A DNA stretch of 63,994 nucleotides, the filler included. It is 12 parts of 12 records of this genome, joined end to end, with 100 filler letters (N's around TTAATTAATTAA, not from the genome) between each part and the next. Parts side by side here need not be neighbours in the genome. Positions count along the whole stretch, not along the records: positions 33,263 to 36,895 come from SRR7504441_17748; positions 36,996 to 40,348 come from SRR7504441_17750; positions 40,449 to 44,773 come from SRR7504441_17754; 9 more parts are not named here. One strand, 5' to 3'. Below the pieces are notes generated by a model, which was not told the origin of the DNA, ran no database searches, and saw nothing but the letters and a program-made list of their open reading frames with translations. A program made the translations under genes and the position numbers. This document shows positions 36,201 through 44,873 of the stretch, piece by piece. Numbering within the stretch: the first letter of the stretch is position 1; every line of letters begins with the position of its first letter.

Positions 36201-36758
36201 CCTCCAACGACATTCAACGGCATTTAACGGCATTCCAACGGCACCAGAACAGCCGGCCAGCGCAGTAGCACGACCCACCCACCGCGCCGAGCACCCACAG
36301 CGCTTCCAGCGCCGCTGCGACGCACATGAGCACCTGCGGCCGGTAACGGCAATCCGTTGGACGGCGCACGTTGTGGAAGCCGTCGAAGCGGTCCGGCTCC
36401 CACCAGTACTTGTGGACGTTGGCGCCGACGAACACCATGTTCAGCATGCAACGGCAGGCCTGTCGTCCGTTAGATGCCGTTGGAGCCGGCCGGGGCGCCA
36501 GGGCGGAGGTGACGAGCCGGTGCAAACCGGTTTGGTTTCGGTCAAAGTTGACAAACTTGAAGATCCGGCGCTCCTGCCAACGGCATTTCAACGGCATTTC
36601 AACGGCATTTCACAACGGCCACCTGGTCAGACGGGTAGTAGGGGAAGGTGCTGATGTCCGTCAGGAGCGGTCGCCCACTGGCGCTCGCTTCTCCGAAGCT
36701 GCCCCCAACAGCATTTAACGGCATGACAACGGCAGGGCCACCGCTCGCGCAGCCGCAT
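33263..36758 (-). CDS. Multi-pass membrane protein (at least 634 aa, 25 exons, 3'-truncated), possibly entering a C2 domain at the contig end
   Basis: Manual removal of 24 GT/GC-AG introns (1592 nt in total) leaves 1904 nt of uninterrupted frame: MRLRERFGEASASGRPLL...VLMCVAAALEALWVLGAVGG...GYLTVSLVLVLLMFVAIYAKLQ...DLVFVAFANNL...GLTVVIKEAANFKSDDIG. The start may lie further upstream (ATG 36872 plus a 30-nt intron at 36840-36869). Confidence 0.85.
33292..36741. repeat. Intronic repeat family A: tandem 10-11-nt (A)ATGCCGTT(A/G)A units in 11 introns
   Basis: Introns 33292-33341, 33419-33462, 33991-34044, 34266-34307, 35097-35136 (three perfect ATGCCGTTAA), 35586-35630, 36202-36244, 36334-36369, 36460-36498, 36574-36622 and 36699-36741. 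Confidence 0.9.
33668..36148. repeat. Intronic repeat family B: CCTAATTAGG-type palindromic core with GTGTTAAGCTAG or GTCACAC arms in 7 introns
   Basis: Introns 33668-33742, 33831-33918, 34188-34232, 34491-34532, 34623-34685, 34770-34831 and 36080-36148. Cores lie at 33860, 33892, 34209, 34662, 34792, 36101 and 36132. Confidence 0.88.
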
Positions 36759-36895
36759 CGCTGCTCCGGTCGCCCGACGGCAACACACCCGGCGACCAGC
36801 CGCGGACCTGCCCCAGGAGCCGCGCCGATGTGCGGAATTCTGCAGATCCGTTAAAATCAACGGACAAACCATGGCCGAAGGAGCGAATGGAGAAC

Positions 36896-36995
36896 NNNNN
36901 NNNNNNNNNNNNNNNNNNNNNNNNNNNNNNNNNNNNNNNTTAATTAATTAANNNNNNNNNNNNNNNNNNNNNNNNNNNNNNNNNNNNNNNNNNNN
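36896..36995. other. Artificial contig linker
   Basis: N44-TTAATTAATTAA-N44. Confidence 0.99.
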
Positions 36996-36997
36996 AG

Positions 36998-39900
36998 GCT
37001 CGCCGAGAAGCCAAGGAAAAGTTCAGCTCTCTGCCAGAGGATTCAAAGCTGACCATTGAAGGCATTGCAAATCGTCAGGTCCAGCTGCTTCAGAAAAAGA
37101 GGGAGCTTAATACTGGTGTCACTCGTATCTCTGACCTCTCGGCACAGCTCTCTGCGGCACAATTAAGAAGAGAAGAAGCTGCTCAGGTCGTAAAGGAACG
37201 GGCTTCTCAACTGGCAATTATGCAAGACAAGGTATTGGAAGTGAATCTGGCGATCAAAGAGGAAGTGTCTGACAGCGAGACCAAGATCGAAACTTCAAAA
37301 ATCAAGAAGGTGGCGAAGAAGCTCGAATTAGAACGCAAGATAGTAGCACAGGTGAATCGCACAACTTTGCCACAGAAGGAGCTTGAGTTGCTGAAGAAGG
37401 TCACTCAGCAATCTAAAGGTCCACTGGTCCCTCCTGAGAGACCCCGAGCACTCCTTATCTTAAGAAAGGGCTCCAATTGGATGAGAGTTGCGTGGGCCTC
37501 GAGTACACCTGCAGAACAAGCCACGCAGTATCAATTTCAATGGAGGGCATCGTCTGGAGGTATCTGGCAGACCATAAAGACGAAAAAGCTAGCACGAAAA
37601 TTGCTGGTTCGTGGACTATGGCCGCGAATGGAATATATGTACCGCGTGAGGGCCAAAAACATAAAAGGTTGGAGCAAATGGAAGAGGTCAGCGCGGGCTA
37701 TAGTGCCAGATGCAGAATGGTCTTGTCCGTCGCATCGAGGCATGTCCGCAAAGTTGGGAGTAAAAGGAGGCTACTGCAACGCAAATATCGAAGTACAAAG
37801 CGTCTCAGACGCAGCTGAGGTACAGATGCTAGGTCTCTGGGGCTCGGATTCGTCCCCAGAGATAATGCAGGGGAGCTTTGCACTGGGCAACACTGAAAGT
37901 GCTCTGCCGATGAAAGGTACCTCTTCTTTGAATCCAGCTTGTCTGCGCAACTTTGTTGCGTGGACAGCTCGTCAGCTAGCAGAAGTTCTGAACAGCTATG
38001 CGGATGGTATGGTCGCTTGTGGGGCAAAACTCAAAGAATCACGACCTCGTGTGAGACAACGAGTCAAAGCAATTTGGTCGCAAACACGCAAAATGCAGCA
38101 AAAGGCGAGGCAGGAGGAGTCAGATGCTGTCATGCGTGCTGCGCGCTGGAAGTCTAGAGTAACCAAAGAGTACAACAAGATTGTCCGCGATGATTCTGTT
38201 GATGAGAAATCGAAGCAGACACTTGATGGAATCCGCAGTGCTCTAGACAAGCTTGAAATCCTGGAAGAGGCATACTCTAATTCTTCGAGAGTTCTTGTCA
38301 TGGTCGATAAGTGGCAATGCACGGCCAATCCCACGCAAACTGCCAGCATTGCTGCCCGTGCAGGTCCCTGTGAGGCAGCAATCGCGTTTTCCACCAAAGT
38401 TAGTGGGGACTTGTCACCGGTCTGCCAGAGAGAGCTGCAAGTAGCGTCTGCAAAGCATACCTCTCGTGCGCTTGAGGCGTTTGCCACCAGCACATCAGAA
38501 TGTGATGCGCACTGGTATGCAAGGCGTCCAAAGGGGGCTCTTAGGGGCGTTCTGCACCCAGCACGGATACTTTCACAGCCACCCTTGGCTGAGCCACAGT
38601 CAGATCGAATCTTGTCAGAGCCGCTCCAGGCCATTGGGCCAATTAGAGCAAGCGGGATGAATGACCCCGAGCTATTGCAGAATCGACTCAAGCCAATCTC
38701 GACAGGTCCCCCCGCAATAACTACAAGACCTGTCACTGATAACGGTGGGGCAGAAACGATTGCCCAATTAAAGCGCACATTTGTTCGCCTTAGTGTGCGG
38801 CTGGCTGACCTCGAGGCTGCCCAAATGCTTCACAAGAAAGAGGGTCAAATAGCCAGGTAACCGTGAATTTTTCTTAATTAGATGATGGCGATTTGAGTAA
38901 CTGGCTGTTCCTACAGGCGTGAACTTGTCAAACTGGCTCAGGAATTCCATCAATATGTGAGAGACGAAAAAAGCAAATGGAAAGAGGCAAAGGGCGCAGC
39001 GGCAACTGCTAGAGACCTCCTGGCTGAAGAGCGGAGCACAATGCAGACTATTGAGTGGGCGTGTCCTGACGACCACAATGTGAATGGGACGATTCGAATT
39101 GGCAAAGCACACCGATGCGGGTCCACTCATGGTATGGGTGTGCATTTCAGCAGTCAGCTAGCGGCGTCAGGTGCTGACAACATTCAGTGTAAAATGAAAT
39201 TTGCAAGTGAGTCGTCTCGGCACTTTGGTGAGACTCTTTTGATGTACTCGAGACAGATTCGGGAATGCTCCCATCTTGAGATATCAGCAGATGATATTCA
39301 GAGTAGAGTCGACGACCTAGCACAAGCAATGGCAATGAAGACGTTCTCACCAGCTGTTGTCAAGATGTCTAAATTACTCTCCAGCTTTGGTCAACGGGCC
39401 CAGATTATTCGTGAGACTGCACAAATAAAGTTACGGGGGTTTAAGAAATCAAGCAAACTTCATGATGTTCCTACAAAGGCTGGAATCCTGCTAGATCGGG
39501 TACGAGGGTTGTTGCAAGCAGCCCAAGCATCAGAGGCAAAGGCTGCAGGCTTCACACAGGCCAAGAAAAAGTGGATGGATGTGCGATGGACGTGTAAAGC
39601 AAATCCTAGTGAGGAGGCCACCTTTACTGCAGTGCCCATGCGCAAATATTGCAATTCTTACCTCACGTTTTCGAGCAAAGATGTCAGTGTGAAGACCCCA
39701 AGGTACCCCAACTGGCTAGAGCAGGGCTTGAGAGTGCTGTGCTTTAGGTGCCGGACAGAGTATTATGCTGCATCTGCAAATTTCTACGGCGCAGCACTTG
39801 TCGAATTCTCAATGCAAACTGCCAAGTGCATCGCTCTTCAAAATAGGAATCAAAAGTTTCATGACACGAGCCTGGCAATCCTGGCAAAAGTGCAAGCTGC

Positions 39901-40348
39901 TCAGAAAACGATGCTTTCCAAGCTTTCCTCGAGCCTTGATTCCGCGTCAGCTGTTGAATCAGAACTCGGAATATCATTAAATCAAACGCAGAAACTCGAA
40001 GCTCGGACTAAGCGGCATATTTTGCGTGTGGAGCAGAAGACTGTCAAACTTTTGAATGCTTTGAAGATTCCATCCGTGCCGACGCTGGAAAAGCCACTCT
40101 ATCCGCCAATCATTGACATAAGGAGAAATGCTAGCCTGATGGTGCTTCTCCCCGAGCGGAATTTTAATGGGAATGCACCAATAACACAAACACAGGTACA
40201 ATGGCGACCCTTGTGTAGCGAGTATGAAAGATGGGCGGAAGTTTCCACTAAAAATAAACGGAAGGACGCGCTGGCCGTGGACTACAGTAAGACAACAGGA
40301 ATGACAGTAAAAAAGCGTTTCACTGTAGAAGGACTCTGGCCTTTCCAG
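36998..40348 (+). CDS. Large coiled-coil + FN3 + repeated four-Cys module protein, truncated at both ends
   Basis: One FN3 domain (PPERP...VAW...YQFQWR...LLVRGLWPRMEYMYRVRAKNIKGWSKW) and a second starting near 40070 (NGNAPITQTQVQWR...FTVEGLWP). Introns 38857-38916 and probably 39703-39747. Confidence 0.85.
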
Positions 40349-40448
40349 NNNNNNNNNNNNNNNNNNNNNNNNNNNNNNNNNNNNNNNNNNNNTTAATTAA
40401 TTAANNNNNNNNNNNNNNNNNNNNNNNNNNNNNNNNNNNNNNNNNNNN
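40349..40448. other. Artificial contig linker
   Basis: N44-TTAATTAATTAA-N44. Confidence 0.99.
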
Positions 40449-40604
40449 TTCAAAAAGACTATGCACAGCTGCATACTCCAGTTTCTATACCGAGCTCATC
40501 AATCTTGTCAGTCAACCTGGGCATTAGGCCATTACGATGGACAATGGATAATCCTGAAAACTTGAGCGTTCGGATAGTCACAGGCAAGCGGTCGGAAAGG
40601 CAAC

Positions 40605-41483
40605 ATGAGCTTCCCAGGCTTCGCTGTGCTGGCAGCAGCAGTCCTCGCCGCGTCGTCCGGGCGGCCGCATCCTCCGGCGAAGCTGTGGCGGTGGCCGTAC
40701 CGCCCGTCTCCCTTCGTGATCGAGCGCAACCCGCGGGACGGCCTGCCCGACTTCAGCCTCGAGGGCGACGCCAATTACACCAGCGCGACAATCGCTTGCC
40801 CGCGATCGATGCAGCGCGCGTGCTGCGGTCGGAGCGGTCACGGCGATGAGTTTTGCGGCCCCAAAACATGCACGACGCGCCCTTGCGACAATGGCCTGTA
40901 CTGCGCCAACTTTGCCAACGCCAGGAAGTGGAACACCACGCAGTATCTCCCTCACATGAACGCTTCCGCTAGCCATCGCCCGGCGATGAACCGCACGCGC
41001 AGGAACATCCTCCAGCGCGCGGTCGGGTGGCTCGCCGTCCACGCGCCGTACCTCAAGTGTCACACGCCCGACGTGAAGTACGGCCTCGCGGAGACCTGCG
41101 CCGAGGACGACGGCGAGGCGTGCCCGCGGTACGGGCACACGGGAAGCTGCGAGGGCTACGTCACTATGGCACACGGCGCTCCCGGGTACGACGACGGCGG
41201 CGACCGAACGATCATTCCGTGCGCGTCCATGCGCCCCGGGGACGGCTGCTTCCACCACGACAAGTACCCCGGCGGCGGCGTCAATCACGTCTGGATGTTT
41301 CGCGAATGGGTCACGAGCGGGAACACCAGTGCGAAGCAGCTCATGCGCCTGTACCAGATGGGAGGCGGCGGCGGCGCGGTGAACATGCACACGCAGACCA
41401 AGGAAACAAAGGACTGCGGGGTGACCAAGAAAGGGCCGTGCATTGTCTGCTTTAAATACGCGCACATTGTGGGTGACGACTGA
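40605..41483 (+). CDS. Secreted NlpC/P60-superfamily-like protein (putative peptidoglycan peptidase), intronless
   Basis: Signal peptide, then RRNILQRAVGW...PY, GSCEGYVTMA (compare DCSG), MRPGD, HVWMFREW and LYQ in NlpC/P60 order. Confidence 0.65.
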   Translation: MSFPGFAVLAAAVLAASSGRPHPPAKLWRWPYRPSPFVIERNPRDGLPDFSLEGDANYTSATIACPRSMQRACCGRSGHGDEFCGPKTCTTRPCDNGLYCANFANARKWNTTQYLPHMNASASHRPAMNRTRRNILQRAVGWLAVHAPYLKCHTPDVKYGLAETCAEDDGEACPRYGHTGSCEGYVTMAHGAPGYDDGGDRTIIPCASMRPGDGCFHHDKYPGGGVNHVWMFREWVTSGNTSAKQLMRLYQMGGGGGAVNMHTQTKETKDCGVTKKGPCIVCFKYAHIVGDD

Positions 41484-41795
41484 TGGCTCTGGTGTGTCCT
41501 GTGTCTCCTGGTGTCCGGGTGTCCTCGTCAGTCCTCAGCTCCTCAGCTCCTCTCGATCGCTCTCTCTGCTCTCTGCGTCTCTCGTAACTCGTTAGAAAAA
41601 GAGTAAAAGTAAAAGTGTAGATTGGATATTCTTTGAATTAAATTTATACGTGCATGCACGCTAATTTTTATGGTCACTGTATCCATGGCCATTGGGTCAT
41701 GGGGTTTAGGTCAAGTACCGGTCGTGTACCGGTCAAGTATCGGTTGCATGTATCGATTAATCGATTGGTACGGCTATACTCGCTTGCACTGCATG

Positions 41796-43046
41796 TCAGC
41801 ACACGCGGCACTCGCCCTCCCTAAAGCAGTTGTTGCACAGGCACGCGCGCTGGCAGCACGACGGCGCCACAACCTGGCCGCTAACGCTAGTCAGCTCCGC
41901 ACCCTGCGACGAGCCATGTCTGTTGCACGTGTTGTTGGCCTCAAAGTGGCACCAACTCGCGGTGCAGCCGTTCTCCACCGGGCTGGCCAGCGCCGCGGGG
42001 CTGGGCGGGGCTCGATTCATCAACAAGTACCGCCAGACAGGCATAAGCACAGGCAGCCCGGTCGCTTGATCGCGCGGCTGCCAGGCGTCGCACGGGCCTA
42101 TGCACATGTGGCTGCTGGTCGTGTTGGCACATACCTCTGCGTCCCATATCGCCCGAGCCCCCGCCAGCCTATCGGCCAGGCCCGATCCGTTACGGGCAAG
42201 GTCAGCCAGCCCGAAGCTCCCGTTGCCTCGTTGCGCGTCCACATTGAACGGCGAGACGGGTGCGACCAGGCCTGGCGCACCAGTGAAGGACGGGTTGAGC
42301 GAGTAGAGCGCCTCGGCCGGGACCAGCTCCGGCCAGCGCTGCCACGGCACCGGCAGGTGCGGCCCACCAGAGCTTTGCTGTTCAAACGCTCCGTCGCCAC
42401 CGGTCATGATGAGCCGCTCCGCCGGGAAAAGCTTGGACACGAGCGCGGGGTAAGCCGAGCCGCGCGAGTGGCCCATTAAGGCCACCTTGGGCCAGGCCAG
42501 CCCGCCGTCCTGGGTGAGGTACCCGCCCCAGCCGACTCGTGGCTCGGTCCGGTCCAGGTAAGAGAGCAGAGCAGTCACGCGGCCCACGATGGTCTCATTG
42601 GCCACGCTCACCACCGGCCGGGCGACCGAGCCCACCAGCCGGCTCATCTGGAGCTGGTGGGTGCAGTTGGCGATCGCCGGTGTGATGATTCCGGTGCGCC
42701 CTGGATCGAGTTTCTCTTGGCAGGCCGCAGCCGCGCACGGGTGGTTGTCCCAGTCGGGCGCCAGCGCGTGCAGCCCGAGCACGGCGGCCGTTTTGACGAT
42801 GGCGGTGTAGTCGTTGGTGCCGGTCCCCCCGAGGAAGACCAGGAGCCGGCCTTGGTGCAGCCCGGACGGCCTGCAGCTGTAGTGGCCCCAGTGCTGGTTG
42901 ATGTCTCGCCGGCCGGTGTCCGACGGCCGCACGAACTGGCAATCGGCCGGGATCGGGAACACCGGCGGAGGCGGCGCGCTCGCGGCGCACAGCCCGACCG
43001 CCAGCACGGCGCGAAAGAGCCGCACCTCGATGGGCAGGCGCGTCAT
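41796..43046 (-). CDS. Secreted alpha/beta hydrolase (BPSS1187-like), intronless, with a Cys-rich tail
   Basis: Signal peptide, LLVFLGGTG, IVGRVTALLSYL...GWGGYL...WPKVALMGHSRG (GxSxG nucleophile elbow), and a candidate catalytic His in SSHMC. Confidence 0.75.
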   Translation of the reverse strand: MTRLPIEVRLFRAVLAVGLCAASAPPPPVFPIPADCQFVRPSDTGRRDINQHWGHYSCRPSGLHQGRLLVFLGGTGTNDYTAIVKTAAVLGLHALAPDWDNHPCAAAACQEKLDPGRTGIITPAIANCTHQLQMSRLVGSVARPVVSVANETIVGRVTALLSYLDRTEPRVGWGGYLTQDGGLAWPKVALMGHSRGSAYPALVSKLFPAERLIMTGGDGAFEQQSSGGPHLPVPWQRWPELVPAEALYSLNPSFTGAPGLVAPVSPFNVDAQRGNGSFGLADLARNGSGLADRLAGARAIWDAEVCANTTSSHMCIGPCDAWQPRDQATGLPVLMPVWRYLLMNRAPPSPAALASPVENGCTASWCHFEANNTCNRHGSSQGAELTSVSGQVVAPSCCQRACLCNNCFREGECRVC

Positions 43047-43139
43047 GAGTGCAGCAGCGCGCAGTCGGTGCGAAAAGGCGCCGCACGGCGCTTCACGGCT
43101 TGGTGGTGCTGTGTGTTGGACACCTGGGGCGGGGCTGCG

Positions 43140-44752
43140 ATGGAGAGTGCCACCGACGCCAACCTGTGCAGCAGCGTGTGCCACCGGTACGAGATGCGCA
43201 CCGCGTTCAAGCCGGCTCAGCGGCCGGAGCTGCCGTGCCTCGTCCTCACCGGCTTCCTCGGGAGCGGCAAGACCACCGTGCTCGAGCACCTTCTCCGCCG
43301 CAAGTGACTGCCCGGCCGGGTGCCGGCGACGGTGGGCAGGGCGAATCTCCGGGTGGCGGCGGTGGTGCACGACGCGGCTGCCCTGAACATCGATAGCCTG
43401 ATTGTCGGCCGGGCTCTAGACGAGCAGTACACCAACTCAGAGGCGCCTGTCCACCGGCCGGGCCGGGCGAGGCGGGACAGGTGCTCGCCCTGCAGGACGG
43501 CGGATGCGTCTGCTGTGCGGGGCCGGGCGGGGGTGGAATCAAGAGCGCAGTGCAGAAGCTGCTGGCGGAGGAGGTGGTAGCCTCAGGGGCCTGGCTAGAC
43601 TATATGATCGTCGAGACCTCCGGGGTAAGCGACCCGGCCCCGCTGGTGGCAACCCTCGACCAGCGCTTCGGGGTGATGCACACGGTCCGTCTAGACTCTG
43701 TGGTGGTGGTGCTAGACACAGCGGCAGTGGCGGCGCGGCTCGCAAGCGGGGAGCCGATGGAGCCGGCGATGCTGCGGCAGCTCGAGTGGGCGGATGCGGT
43801 GCTGCTGAACAAGGCGGACCTAGTTAGCTCCGATCAGATGGCTGCAGTGCGCGAGTGGTGCAGTGAGGCCAGACCTGCAGCGAGGCAGCTGGAGAGTATC
43901 ATGGGCAGGGTGCATTTACCGGACCTGCTAGACGTAGTCTCCACCAGTGTAAGCGAGCCGGCTGCAGTCTGGGGCAAGAGCGGCCGGGGCAAGTTCCAAG
44001 AGCACAGCTGGCAAGTCCGGCTCAGCTCCCCTCGCAGGCAAGCAGGCACTACCAAGCAGTCTCCCGGGCACCACCACCACCATCACGACTCGCCGTTCGA
44101 GACAGTGACGTTCGAGCTGCCGAACGGGCGGCTGTGGCTGGCCCGGCTGCTCGACTGGGTGTTCCAGGGGCTCGCGCCCGGCGTGCTCAGGCTGAAAGGG
44201 TACGCAGCGGTTGCAGAGCTGGATGGCGGCAGCTTGCTGGTGCAGATGTCTGGGCAAGCTAGGTTCTCGTTCGAGCCGGTGCCCGAGGCCCGGGGAGGGG
44301 TGCAGCTGGTGGTGATTGGGGCCGGGATGGACGTGCCGTTGGTCCGCTCTCGGCTTGAGCTGCTGTGTGAGCCACCAGCTGGACCTGTCAGCAGCCTCCC
44401 GTGCTTGGGCCGCGCGCAGGGGCTGTTGACGGCCGGGGAAGCCGGGCAGACCGGCTGTGCGCTGGTGCATTTCGAGCCGATGAGTAAGTTTGGTCGGTCC
44501 GCAGATGAGGCGGCGAGCCTGTCGGGGGTCAGCCTGGGGGAGGCCAATGAGATGCTGGCCCGGGCTGTGAGCATGAGTGCCGCCCCAGTGGTGGCGGTGC
44601 CCTGGGAGGCGGCGGGGGTGGTCGGTGTGCTGGTGCCGCTAGCGAGCGATCCGGCTGCGGTGGACCGGCTGGTGGAATCGCTGGCGGAGAAGGCGGAGTG
44701 GCTGCTGAATGAGCATTTCAAGCAATTGTTGCAGTGCGCTTGTGGCTGGTAA
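43140..44752 (+). CDS. CobW/COG0523 family metallochaperone GTPase; 2 introns
   Basis: Motifs VLTGFLGSGKTT, GCVCC, IVETSGVSDP, LDSVVVVLD, ADAVLLNKADL, a His tract HHHHHH and VLRLKG. There is a C-terminal extension ending CACGW. Confidence 0.92.
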
Positions 44753-44773
44753 ATTTTTTTTTTTTTTTTTTTA

Positions 44774-44873
44774 NNNNNNNNNNNNNNNNNNNNNNNNNNN
44801 NNNNNNNNNNNNNNNNNTTAATTAATTAANNNNNNNNNNNNNNNNNNNNNNNNNNNNNNNNNNNNNNNNNNNN
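44774..44873. other. Artificial contig linker
   Basis: N44-TTAATTAATTAA-N44. Confidence 0.99.

Noticed and set aside
33292-36741. CRISPR-like reading of the regularly interspersed repeats
   Set aside because: The repeats vary in length and orientation, the 'spacers' are exons forming one reading frame, there are no cas genes and the context is eukaryotic.
33263-36758. Mean exon+intron period of about 146 nt suggesting nucleosome phasing
   Set aside because: Individual exon lengths vary widely (about 30-205 nt), so the average alone is not evidence of periodicity.
33263-36895. Pseudogene or alternative genetic code explanation for the stop-riddled contig
   Set aside because: All in-frame stops fall inside segments bounded by GT/GC...AG. 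TAA, TAG and TGA all act as normal stops in other genes of the window.
41490-41580. Stuttering short duplications (GTGTCC, CTCCTCAG, CTCTCTG), with similar ones at 1430-1451, 13177-13251 and 15435-15466
   Set aside because: Ordinary slippage-type micro-duplications in spacers with no shared unit.
44753-44773. Poly-T run right after the CobW stop as a retrocopy or poly(A) signature
   Set aside because: It is on the wrong strand for this gene's poly(A), the gene has introns, and the homopolymer simply coincides with the contig break.
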